64,000 nt of DNA from an uncultured Chitinophagaceae bacterium (GTDB lineage: Bacteria > Bacteroidota > Ignavibacteria > Kapaibacteriales > UBA961): NCBI GenBank assembly GCA_964527785.1, contig CAZGNO010000003.1, positions 7,974 to 71,973 on the forward strand. The letters run 5' to 3'. Every line of letters begins with the position of its first letter. Position 1 is the stretch's first letter. The translations under genes and the position numbers were made by a program. This document shows positions 1-9,233 of this stretch, piece by piece. The notes beneath the pieces are model-generated. The model worked only from the letters and a program-made list of their open reading frames with translations. It searched no databases and was not told where the DNA came from.

Positions 1-1412
1 CGTCGTTTATTCTCAATCCTGAGGTGTCGTTCCAATATTCGATCTTGAATGTTATTTCGGATGTTTCGTGGAAAGTAAATGCTCTTCGCGGCAGCATCGG
101 GCTGATGTATGTTCTCGAAGCCCCGAAAGCTCCTGCTCCGCCTCCGCTTCCCGAACCTCCTCCTTTGCCTGTTCAGGTTGTTTCTATTCCTCCGGCAGTT
201 GCCATGCTTGATATTCAGAATGTAAATTCTGACGGCAGTGCAGAAAATTACGCAGAATTAACGGTAAATAAACATCGAACGATGGATATTCTTCCGCTGC
301 TTCCGTATGTTTTCTTTGAAGCAAAAACTGATACAATGGTTAGCCGTTATCACGCTCTTACTCCTGCTACAACATCCGGTTTTACAGAGGAGCAACTGCC
401 TAATAACCAACTTACTGTTTATCATGATGTGCTGAATATTATCGGTTCACGTATGAAAAAACACCCTGAGGCAACGCTTAACCTTACCGGCTGCATCGAA
501 CCGTTAGATGATGGAAATGAAAATTCACTTGCCGCTAAACGTTCAGAAGCAATCCGCACATATTTGCATGATACGTGGGGAATAAGCAATGAGCGTATAA
601 CAGTTCAATCAAGAAAACTTCCGCAAATTGCTTCTAATCGCAATGTAACAGAAGGACGTGCCGAAAACAGGCGAGTGGAAATAACGACCAATGATGAGCG
701 GATTCTGGCACCCGTTTTTGTGAAAAATGCAAAAACGACCGTTACTCCAAGCGCACTTCGGATGAATCCGACCGTAATTTATCAAGGGAATATCAAATCT
801 GCAGAATACATTTTGAGCGATAACACAGGGCGCGTACTTTCTACGGTTCAATCCGCAAAAGCAGAAAGTGTATCTATAAATACTGCAACCGGGAATTTTG
901 CCGATTTGAAATCAAATCAAACAGTTACTGCAAAGATGAATGTTACCACAGACAGTGGTAATGTCATTAGTGTAGAGAGGGTAGTACCCGTTCGCAGAAC
1001 ATATACTTCTGCCCGCGGTAATGCCCAAATTGTAAAAGACACGCTCATCGAGCACTATAGTTTGATTCTCTTTAATTTCGACCGTGCTTCGACTATTTCG
1101 AGCGAGAATGACCAAATTATGCGGTTGATCCGCTCACGGGTACGCACTAATTCGGATGTTAAAATTGAAGGAATGACCGATTCCATCGGCAGTTCCCAAG
1201 GCAATTTACGACTATCGGAAGCCCGTGCTAAGATGTTTCAGGATAATCTCAATGCATTTGTAAAACCTCAATCGCAAACAATAAACGCGCTAGGGGAAGT
1301 TGACTTATTCGATAATTCATTGCCGGAAGGTCGCTTCTATAACCGGCGTGTATTTATAGAAATTGCTACGCCTCTCTTACCTGATATAGACGATGATGGA
1401 GGTACTCAATGA
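1..1412 (+). CDS. OmpA-family outer membrane protein with two OmpA/MotB C-terminal domains (5' truncated by window edge)
   Basis: Frame is open from window start (SFILNPEVSFQY...). Pro-rich linker. Two OmpA-like motifs: LAAKRSEAIRTYL...GRAENRRVEI and GMTDSIG...NLRLSEARA...GRFYNRRVFI. Confidence 0.85.
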   Translation, partial: SFILNPEVSFQYSILNVISDVSWKVNALRGSIGLMYVLEAPKAPAPPPLPEPPPLPVQVVSIPPAVAMLDIQNVNSDGSAENYAELTVNKHRTMDILPLLPYVFFEAKTDTMVSRYHALTPATTSGFTEEQLPNNQLTVYHDVLNIIGSRMKKHPEATLNLTGCIEPLDDGNENSLAAKRSEAIRTYLHDTWGISNERITVQSRKLPQIASNRNVTEGRAENRRVEITTNDERILAPVFVKNAKTTVTPSALRMNPTVIYQGNIKSAEYILSDNTGRVLSTVQSAKAESVSINTATGNFADLKSNQTVTAKMNVTTDSGNVISVERVVPVRRTYTSARGNAQIVKDTLIEHYSLILFNFDRASTISSENDQIMRLIRSRVRTNSDVKIEGMTDSIGSSQGNLRLSEARAKMFQDNLNAFVKPQSQTINALGEVDLFDNSLPEGRFYNRRVFIEIATPLLPDIDDDGGTQ

Positions 1413-4400
1413 AGGATATTAATAGCCCATCACGTCAGTTGCAGAGACGTTTGCAAAATAATGCAAAGACATCTAGAGTATTATTTACATATAAGTTAGA
1501 CAAGGGGGCATGCCCCCTTGTCATAAGACCTTTATCCATAAATGTCTCAAGTCTTACTTTGATAAAAATAACCAATGTCATTCTGAAGGAGTCCTCGACT
1601 GAAGAATCTCCATTTGAAAGTGAAAACCTGTTTGACGGATGCGCTAACGGAGATTCTTCGCTATCGCTCAGAATGACAAACAAATTACAGGATGTCATTC
1701 TGAAGGAGCCCTCGACTGAAGAATTCCAGTTTGAAAGTGAAAACCTGTTTGACGGATGCGCTAACGGAGATTCTTCGCTACCGCTCAGAGTGACAAACAA
1801 ATTACAGGATGTCATTCTGAAGGAGTCTTCGACTGAAGAATCTCCGTTAGAAAGTGAAAACCTGTTTGACGGATGCGCTAACGGAGATTCTTCGCTGCCG
1901 CTCAGAATGACAAACAAATTACAGGATGTCATTCTGAAGGAGTCTTCGACTGAAGAATCTCCGTTAGAAAGTGAAAATCTGTTTGACGGATGCGCTAACG
2001 GAGATTCTTCGCTGCCGCTAAGAATGACATTAGATGGCAAGGGTATGTCAGCCATATGGTTAAGTGCGAATCGCAAGATTGAATTAAGCGTTTTTCCATG
2101 GAAAAAAATGAGCTTGTTGTTGGCTGCTCTCATAGCCGTTATATTCAACTCCACACTCCTATTCGCGCAATCTTCCCTGACTATCAACGATGCACTTGTC
2201 CCCTACAAACTATCGCCTACACTGCTTAGTAACGGACACTTCTCTATTTCGACGAATTATACAGACCCGATTACAAAAGGGATTATTTACCGAGAAGACG
2301 GTACGAGCGGAAAACCGGTAAATTACACATCATTTTTCCATGTCAAGGTTGATAATATTGTGTTTCAGCAGTCGTACGAATCCGATACATCCGATTTTAC
2401 AATTCCTGCTAAAAATCCGATAAAAGTAACTTCAATCTTTCGGGATACAGTTGCCGGTGTGCCGCAGATAAATGCAAAGTCGTATGGAGTGCTGCCCGAT
2501 GGCGACACGATACGCTTCCTCTTTACAATGTTTCCGGTAAAACGGGCAAGCGGCGGGTTTATTCGTATGAGCGTAACAGTGCAAAATACGACAAGTAAAA
2601 AACATAGCGTAGGGGTTCTCATGCTTGTGGACACCAAAATTGGCGATAATGATCAAGCCCCGATTGCTACAACATTCGGCTACAGCACTATCGAACAGCA
2701 GTTTGATACAGGTATAGGGCAGGGTATCCCAGATTTCTGGCTAGGACTGGAAGGAACGCCCACAGCACCGGGACTGGTGGCAAGGGGCAATCTTCGTGAT
2801 GTAGGATTAGAAACCCCCGACCGGTTATTATTCGGAAACTGGACTGACTATACATCACAAGGTATTCGCGGACTTGGTTCGGTGATGTGGAAAGAGCGCA
2901 CAGCATCAACGAATCAATATACCGATAGCGGGGTACTCTTGATTTGGGATGAAGAAGATTTTGGAATTAGTCAGACAAAACTAAAAGCATCAACAGAAAT
3001 TGGAATTGTGGATTCGCTCAGTGTAGCAGTTGGCGGCCGAGGTGGCGGCGGAAGTGGAGGAGGAGGTGGTGGTGGATTTGGTCTGGCGGGAATAGGAACG
3101 TGCCTGAGTGTAGAGGTGCAGCTTGAAAATCCGTGCGGGGTGGCGGGATATACTCCTTACCTGCCCGACACACTCCAAGCGCTCTATCTTGTATCTAATC
3201 TTGATTCGCTGAAGAATGCGGATAATGTTCGCCTCGTGATTGAAAATCTGCCATCCGGAGTACTTGCGCCGACTACGACAAGCAATGTTATTCCCAATAC
3301 CCTGAATGCACTTCAAACAGGCGTTGTGACCCTATCACTGTATCCTATTCCGCGGCTCAATGCTACGTCATACCGCATTCCGATTGCAGTGGTGAAAGAT
3401 GCAGTAAATACAGTTGTAGTCCGTGATACACTCGAAGTTTGCGTACCGGGTCTGCTCGGAGAGCTTGTGGGGAATGACAAAACATATCCTCCTGTATGTC
3501 CTCAAACGGATGATACACTCGCTGTTACTTTTAAATTAAACGGCAAGCGATGTTTGCCTACAGTCAGAGCAATCCTTACAGGGAATCCAGTTGATACTGT
3601 TCAATTCAGTATCATTCTACCGATCCCTACCATTGCAAAAGCAGATTCGGTGATCACTATTTTAGTTCGATACGCTCCGACGATTAACAATACAACCCCT
3701 ACAATTGGGGTAGTACTCACACTGAGCGACAGCGAAACACTCGTTCAGGGCAATCCAACAACCGAACCGGTTTTTGATACTGCTTTTGTCACCGTTTCAA
3801 GCAAGGAAGCAGAGTTCTTATTTGCAAGAATAGAAAAAGACACGGTGGACTTTGGCAGAATATGCGTCGGTGATACTGCACGGGGTGATTGGGATATTCT
3901 GAATGTAGGCGGTTGCAGTGTGCAGATTCAAGGCGGGGCAACTGTCTCCATACTTGGTACGAATGCCTTTTCAATTGCACCTTCTACGGTGTTTCCTGAT
4001 GCAATTCCCAGAAGCGGAAGTAAAACTGTGGATTTGATTTTTACTCCGACAGTTCCGGGTAAATATACTGGGTATGCAATAGTGAACAGTCCTTCACTTC
4101 CGTTTCTTGATACGCTTTTATTGACAGGTGAGGCGGATATTCCTGCTATCTCTTCACTTGCTCTGTTAGTTGATTTTGATACGTTGTGTAAGGATCAATC
4201 TGTTGTTAAGTCTGTTGAACTAAAAAATGCCACTGCCTGTCCGATTGTGATAGACAGTGTTACATGGACAAATGCGCCTGATGGCTGGAACGTGCAGCCA
4301 AGGGGTTCTTTTACAATCCAGCCCAATAGGAGCGTATTTGTAAATATAACGGGAATATTCAATAATGAAGGGCAATTTGCAACTGATGTTGAGGTTCACT

Positions 4401-5809
4401 CTCCGAACGGAATAGTACAAACGAAAGCATCGGCGCGGGTGGTAACACGCATGGCACAAGTCATAGATTCGCTTATATATGGCGACGTTCATGTTGATTC
4501 TACAAAGCGTGATTCAATTATTATCCGTTCTACGGGGACTGCGCCAATTGTGGTGAATAGAATAGTACTTGCAGGATTATTTCCGAATGAATATACTATT
4601 ACATTGCCCGCAGGTGTTATATATCCCGTGACCATTAAACCAAACGACACGCTCCTTGCCTATATTGATTTCAAACCAAAGGACATCGAGCAGCGAAACG
4701 CAACTGTAGTGGTAACTCTCAATCATAATATGGCTTGCGGAGTAGTAAAACCGATTTCGTTGAAAGGGCGCGGAGTGCAGCCGCTACTTGATATTCGTTC
4801 ACGAACCGTAGCTCTAGGAAAAATCTGTGTAGGGACGGCAATTGAGTCAGTGATAGAAATTCGCAATCCGGGTAATGCACCTCTGCAAATTGACTCAATT
4901 ATCTCTAGTGGCGGAAACAGCTTTAGTTTGTCGCAGAATCAAACGTTAATTCCACCTGACAGCGTGTTCAAACTAACGGTAAGCTATGTGCCGAATACTC
5001 TTGCTGATGAAAAAGCAGTACTTACCTTTATATCAAACGGGAAGTGGATTACCCCGACCGATACGACTGTCTCGATTCTTGCTACAGGTATTGTTTGCGG
5101 TACAATCAGTGCCGATACTGTTGATGCCGAAGTCGGGAAACCGCTTGCTCTTACCCTGCGCTTTACACCCGAAAAAACTTCACTCAAGACAGCCGAAGAA
5201 TTGACTCGCATAATGAATCAATCCTCCAATAGCGCGATGAACGTCGGCGTTTCGTACAATAGCAATCTTGTTCGTGTGCGGTCGTTTGCTCCAAATATGG
5301 GAATGATTGGCAGGCAAATCCCCGCTGTACTGCAAGCAACTCCTTCTGTAGCAACAATTAGAACGCCTAATTCAACACTCGACGAAAGTAATATTCTGGC
5401 TGTATTGGAAGGTGATGTTCTGCTCAATTACACTTACGAGACACCTGTGTACATCCGTATTGATACATTTGCGAATGGTTTCAGTAGAATCAGTACGCGC
5501 GATGGCTTAGTGCGGGCGCAGTACTGCGCATTCAACAGCAGACAAATAAACACGTCACAAATCACAACATTCCTGAGCATAATAGAATCGCAGGATTATC
5601 CTATTTCACTCTACAGCAGTGAGGATACTCCCGTTCAATTATCACTCGTGAATGTACTCGGTGAAACGGTTGCTATAGTTTATAATGGAACTATTGCATC
5701 AGGTTCGCACAGATTTGCATTGCCCGACGGGCTGAATAACGGGCTTTATTTTGTTATGATGACAACTCCGAATGGGAGTGTTGGTGAGAAGTGTGTGGTG
5801 AATAGGTAG
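1409..5809 (+). CDS. Large secreted Ig-like/choice-of-anchor-D repeat protein with T9SS C-terminal sorting domain; N-terminus made of translated palindromic repeats
   Basis: ATGA overlap with upstream stop, preceded by GGAGG. Signal-peptide-like KKMSLLLAALIAVIFNSTLLFAQ at ~2102-2170. Repeated DFG..C/IRNPGNAPL Ig-like units. C-terminal LVNVLGE...GLYFV...KCVVNR. Alternative starts at 2045 or 2108. Confidence 0.8.
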   Translation: MKDINSPSRQLQRRLQNNAKTSRVLFTYKLDKGACPLVIRPLSINVSSLTLIKITNVILKESSTEESPFESENLFDGCANGDSSLSLRMTNKLQDVILKEPSTEEFQFESENLFDGCANGDSSLPLRVTNKLQDVILKESSTEESPLESENLFDGCANGDSSLPLRMTNKLQDVILKESSTEESPLESENLFDGCANGDSSLPLRMTLDGKGMSAIWLSANRKIELSVFPWKKMSLLLAALIAVIFNSTLLFAQSSLTINDALVPYKLSPTLLSNGHFSISTNYTDPITKGIIYREDGTSGKPVNYTSFFHVKVDNIVFQQSYESDTSDFTIPAKNPIKVTSIFRDTVAGVPQINAKSYGVLPDGDTIRFLFTMFPVKRASGGFIRMSVTVQNTTSKKHSVGVLMLVDTKIGDNDQAPIATTFGYSTIEQQFDTGIGQGIPDFWLGLEGTPTAPGLVARGNLRDVGLETPDRLLFGNWTDYTSQGIRGLGSVMWKERTASTNQYTDSGVLLIWDEEDFGISQTKLKASTEIGIVDSLSVAVGGRGGGGSGGGGGGGFGLAGIGTCLSVEVQLENPCGVAGYTPYLPDTLQALYLVSNLDSLKNADNVRLVIENLPSGVLAPTTTSNVIPNTLNALQTGVVTLSLYPIPRLNATSYRIPIAVVKDAVNTVVVRDTLEVCVPGLLGELVGNDKTYPPVCPQTDDTLAVTFKLNGKRCLPTVRAILTGNPVDTVQFSIILPIPTIAKADSVITILVRYAPTINNTTPTIGVVLTLSDSETLVQGNPTTEPVFDTAFVTVSSKEAEFLFARIEKDTVDFGRICVGDTARGDWDILNVGGCSVQIQGGATVSILGTNAFSIAPSTVFPDAIPRSGSKTVDLIFTPTVPGKYTGYAIVNSPSLPFLDTLLLTGEADIPAISSLALLVDFDTLCKDQSVVKSVELKNATACPIVIDSVTWTNAPDGWNVQPRGSFTIQPNRSVFVNITGIFNNEGQFATDVEVHSPNGIVQTKASARVVTRMAQVIDSLIYGDVHVDSTKRDSIIIRSTGTAPIVVNRIVLAGLFPNEYTITLPAGVIYPVTIKPNDTLLAYIDFKPKDIEQRNATVVVTLNHNMACGVVKPISLKGRGVQPLLDIRSRTVALGKICVGTAIESVIEIRNPGNAPLQIDSIISSGGNSFSLSQNQTLIPPDSVFKLTVSYVPNTLADEKAVLTFISNGKWITPTDTTVSILATGIVCGTISADTVDAEVGKPLALTLRFTPEKTSLKTAEELTRIMNQSSNSAMNVGVSYNSNLVRVRSFAPNMGMIGRQIPAVLQATPSVATIRTPNSTLDESNILAVLEGDVLLNYTYETPVYIRIDTFANGFSRISTRDGLVRAQYCAFNSRQINTSQITTFLSIIESQDYPISLYSSEDTPVQLSLVNVLGETVAIVYNGTIASGSHRFALPDGLNNGLYFVMMTTPNGSVGEKCVVNR
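1499..1522. repeat. Perfect 24-bp palindrome GACAAGGGGGCATGCCCCCTTGTC (REP-like)
   Basis: Sequence equals its own reverse complement; lies just upstream of the 117-bp array. Confidence 0.8.
1577..2028. repeat. Tandem array of four 117-bp units, each a ~101-bp imperfect palindrome GTCATTCTGA...GAAGAATCTC / GAGATTCTTCG...CAGAATGAC
   Basis: Units start at 1577, 1694, 1811 and 1928 (exact period 117 = 39 codons), with near-identical loops and linkers. Confidence 0.95.
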
Positions 5810-5847
5810 GGAAATGTAGAATAATTTACTATTCGTAATTTTAGAAT

Positions 5848-7428
5848 ATGAATAAAGAAACTTTCTTGCTTTCTGATAGAATAAAAGAGATAAAGTCATC
5901 TTTTATTAAAGATGGTTGGGTTACTATTTATGAGAATCTTCATGAAGATAAAAACGATGAATCTCTAATTTTTTGTTGTTTAGTTAGTTCAAAGGAGATC
6001 AAATCTTATAGGACTAACAACGAATGGGAGATTGTATGTGGAAGTGAAGGTAAGCCTACAGTCTGGGGTAATGGGAAATATCAAACATTTGAAAGAAAAG
6101 GAATTGAGCCTTTTCTTTTTTTTAAACGGTTCTGTGCTAACGATATAGAAGAATCTTATGTTGATATTTCTGAAGAGTTTGTTCTTTATTTTAAACTTTA
6201 TGAAACAGGGCAAAATAAACAGAACAGAAAGTTTTATTTTATTAATGAGGTTAATGATCTTGATGAAGTAATAAGAGTTGAACCAAATAGAATTAAAGTC
6301 AAAGTTAAGTATCTAAAGGAATATATATCTGTTAGGAAACTATACTTTTCTATATGCTTTGTCTTTGAGAGATTTGACTCGAAGACACTCAAAGAAATAA
6401 AACTGATAAAGACTGATAAGAATTTTCATGAAGATAATTATTTTTACAATCATTTTATCGAACCAACTTGTTTTGGACCAAATTCAAGTAAAATTATAAG
6501 CAAGATATATGGTAAATCAATAATCAACTATGATAAAAATAAAACTAAAGTTTATCATTTTGATGGTGAGAAGCAGCAGTACTTAGAATTTATCACTGGA
6601 TATAATGAAGATGGAAGTGAAAAACTTGAAGATTGCAAACAAGAAAACAAAAAATGGTTTACTGTAACATATTTCAAAAAAGAAGTATTGGATAAATACT
6701 ATAATAGTCCAAGCAAATATAAGGTTGACAGCCATAATGTAAGCTCGAATTTCTTTTCTTTGAAAATTGATAATAATGTTGATAATTATGTTCCGGTTTT
6801 TCTAATCGAATTAGGGAAAATTCCTTACAAAGAGCAATTACATTGGAAACAGTTTAACATTACACCACAGAATGGAATCAGCAACACTTATCGAAAGACA
6901 ATGATTGATGGGAGTTGGTCTGAACAACCTGAAACACCTGATCTTTTCTTTAAATTCAAATACAAAGAGTTCAATTCAAATTGGGAAAAGAAATTTGGTT
7001 GGAGATTCTATAAAAGTTTGGCTAAAGAAGATGAGCATAGCTTTACGTCATTACATATTCCAACAACAAACAATGTAAAATCATTTAAGGAGCAAATCTT
7101 ATCACTTGTAAAAGTCACCATTGATAGATTAAATGAAAAAGAACTGTCGAAGGATGTTGAAATAGAAAAGGGAGATAAAGGAATTAATAAGTTGGAGAAA
7201 TTTTTGAAATTAAATAATATTGAGCTTCCAGATTTGATCAGTTTTTTAAAAAATCTTTGGCATTTACGTTCCGGTTTATTAGCTCATAGTTTTAGTGAGT
7301 CAAATAAAGAATGTAAAAGGGCAATTGAGTATTTCGGATTAAGAGAAAATAATTATGTTGAAGTAGCAAAGGATATTTTTATCAAATCAATTATCACACT
7401 TAATACTCTTGAAAATAGATTCTTGTAA
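5848..7428 (+). CDS. AT-rich hypothetical protein with C-terminal HEPN-like Rx5H motif (possible defence RNase)
   Basis: 526-aa ORF, much more AT-rich than its flanks; LWHLRSGLLAHS in a helical C-terminal region. Confidence 0.6.
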   Translation: MNKETFLLSDRIKEIKSSFIKDGWVTIYENLHEDKNDESLIFCCLVSSKEIKSYRTNNEWEIVCGSEGKPTVWGNGKYQTFERKGIEPFLFFKRFCANDIEESYVDISEEFVLYFKLYETGQNKQNRKFYFINEVNDLDEVIRVEPNRIKVKVKYLKEYISVRKLYFSICFVFERFDSKTLKEIKLIKTDKNFHEDNYFYNHFIEPTCFGPNSSKIISKIYGKSIINYDKNKTKVYHFDGEKQQYLEFITGYNEDGSEKLEDCKQENKKWFTVTYFKKEVLDKYYNSPSKYKVDSHNVSSNFFSLKIDNNVDNYVPVFLIELGKIPYKEQLHWKQFNITPQNGISNTYRKTMIDGSWSEQPETPDLFFKFKYKEFNSNWEKKFGWRFYKSLAKEDEHSFTSLHIPTTNNVKSFKEQILSLVKVTIDRLNEKELSKDVEIEKGDKGINKLEKFLKLNNIELPDLISFLKNLWHLRSGLLAHSFSESNKECKRAIEYFGLRENNYVEVAKDIFIKSIITLNTLENRFL

Positions 7429-7498
7429 TATGATATCATTATATTGGTGCATAGAAAGAATATCAATAAAGTATAATTAAGTGAAAGATTATAAACAC

Positions 7499-7639
7499 AT
7501 GAAGAAACTGCTGTTGCTTATTATTGTAGTACTATCAAGTCAATCAAACGGTTATGCACAAACAGAACGGTGGAAATTAGTAAAATACGGTATCTTCGGT
7601 GAATCTGGGTCAAGTCGGTTGTATACCGCCGTGCATTGA
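7499..7639 (+). pseudogene. 46-codon ORF consisting mostly of a signal peptide; probably a truncated secreted-protein gene
   Basis: MKKLLLLIIVVLSSQSNGYAQ-TERWKLVKY...; A|Q cleavage pattern, early TGA at 7637. Confidence 0.45.
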
Positions 7640-7663
7640 TAAGTAATAAAATTATTTTTGGGT

Positions 7664-7688
7664 AAGGTTGGTTGTTGCAACCGACCTT
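7664..7688. terminator. Hairpin between convergent genes
   Basis: AAGGTTGGTTG-TTG-CAACCGACCTT. Confidence 0.45.
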
Positions 7689-7757
7689 CCTTCTAAACGT
7701 TTTTACGGAATTTTAATGCTCCCTCGAAATGAACGCAATAAATACAACACTCCACTC

Positions 7758-9137
7758 TCAAAGTTTCTCAAAATGCGCAGTAAAATGCCGTAGTAATTTC
7801 GGTTCTTTTGTAATTCTGTATCCTCTCGCCTGCGATTTGTTTTTCAGCAGTTCATCAAAAACTTCAACCACATAATCCACATGGCTTTGCGTATATACTC
7901 TGCGCGGTATAGCAAGTCGTACAAGCTCCATTGCAGCCGGAATTAGCTGTCCCTGTTCATCATATTTACCGAACATTACCGAGCCGACTTCCACACACCT
8001 GATACCGCCGATACGGTATAATTCACATACCAACGCCTGCCCGGGATACTCATGAAGCGGAATATGGTCGTAGAGTTTCGCCGAGTTGATATATACAGCG
8101 TGACCTCCTATCGGATACATCACAGGAACACCCTTTTCACGAATTTTCTCGCCCAAATACTCCGTGCTTTTAATCCGGTAATACAGATAATCCTTATCGA
8201 AAATTTCCCTGAGTCCGACTGCAATTGCTTCCATGTCCCGACCGCTCAACCCGCCATACGTCGTAAATCCTTCCGTTATAATGAGCAGGTTGGTACATGC
8301 ATCGGCTAACTGCTCATCTTTTAGAGCCAAGAAGCCGCCCATATTTACTAGGGCATCTTTTTTGGCACTCATCAAACATCCGTCAGCCAAGGCAAACATT
8401 TGTTGGGCAATTTCCTTGTATGTGTGATTTTCATAGCCCGCCTCCCGGTGCTTGATGAAATAACTGTTCTCGGCAATTCTGCAACAGTCAATGATAAACA
8501 GCACGTTGTGCCTTTTGCAGACATCTGCGACATCTTTTGCATTTTGCATACTTACGGGCTGACCACCACCGCTGTTGTTTGTTACGGTCAGTATCACCGC
8601 ACCAATATTTTCGGGCTTGTGTTCGGTGATTAGTTTCTCTAATTTAGTACAGTCTAAATTCCCTTTAAAAGGATAATAATTTTCGTGATTTTTCGATTCT
8701 TCTACCGGAATATCGTATGCGGTAGCACCGCTAAACTCAATATTCGCCCTGGTAGTATCGAAATGTGTGTTGCTTATGAATACCTTGCCCTCACCGCCTA
8801 AATGACCGTATAATATTCGCTCTGCGGCTCGTCCCTGATGAGTTGGTAAAATAAAAGGGTAGGACGTAAGGTCGAAAACTGCATCATAAAAACGCTCCCA
8901 ACTTTCTGCCCCGGCATACGATTCATCTCCTCGCATCATGGCTGCCCACTGCTCGTTGCTCATTGCAGATGTACCGCTGTCTGTCAGAAAATCAATAATT
9001 ACTTGTTTGCTTTTTAATAAAAAAGGATTGTAATGAGCCGCTTCCAAATACTGTATTCTCTCGGCTTCGGTGCTCATATGGATGGACTCTACCGATTTAA
9101 TTTTGAATGGTTCTATTATTGTTTTAAAGTTCATCAT
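7758..9137 (-). CDS. tnaA: Tryptophanase (PLP-dependent tryptophan indole-lyase)
   Basis: EPFKIKSVE, DFLTDSGT, THQGRAAE, PLP lysine motif MSAKKD, RLAIPRRVYTQSH. C-terminal LRHFTA has His as in TnaA, versus LRFFTA in tyrosine phenol-lyase. Confidence 0.88.
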   Translation of the reverse strand: MMNFKTIIEPFKIKSVESIHMSTEAERIQYLEAAHYNPFLLKSKQVIIDFLTDSGTSAMSNEQWAAMMRGDESYAGAESWERFYDAVFDLTSYPFILPTHQGRAAERILYGHLGGEGKVFISNTHFDTTRANIEFSGATAYDIPVEESKNHENYYPFKGNLDCTKLEKLITEHKPENIGAVILTVTNNSGGGQPVSMQNAKDVADVCKRHNVLFIIDCCRIAENSYFIKHREAGYENHTYKEIAQQMFALADGCLMSAKKDALVNMGGFLALKDEQLADACTNLLIITEGFTTYGGLSGRDMEAIAVGLREIFDKDYLYYRIKSTEYLGEKIREKGVPVMYPIGGHAVYINSAKLYDHIPLHEYPGQALVCELYRIGGIRCVEVGSVMFGKYDEQGQLIPAAMELVRLAIPRRVYTQSHVDYVVEVFDELLKNKSQARGYRITKEPKLLRHFTAHFEKL

Positions 9138-9233
9138 GATTATTTGTGTAATGTTGAAAATAACCGAAATGAGAAGATAACCTGATTTAATAACTCATCG
9201 TTCTGGTGTTTATTCCGGCGACGAAAATTTGCC

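Noticed and set aside
1577-2028. CRISPR array
   Set aside because: The intervening sequences are near-identical rather than unique spacers, the unit is a long palindrome, and no cas genes are present.
1435-2187. 250-aa antisense ORF
   Set aside because: It is a by-product of a palindromic repeat with a period divisible by three; no independent coding features.
5810-7760. att-site duplicate of the tRNA-Val 3' end at the left island border
   Set aside because: No TGGTGGGCGG-like repeat found by eye.
7758-9137. Tyrosine phenol-lyase, or a tnaC leader peptide
   Set aside because: C-terminal LRHFTA favours tryptophanase; no Trp-containing leader ORF seen in the 96-bp upstream gap.
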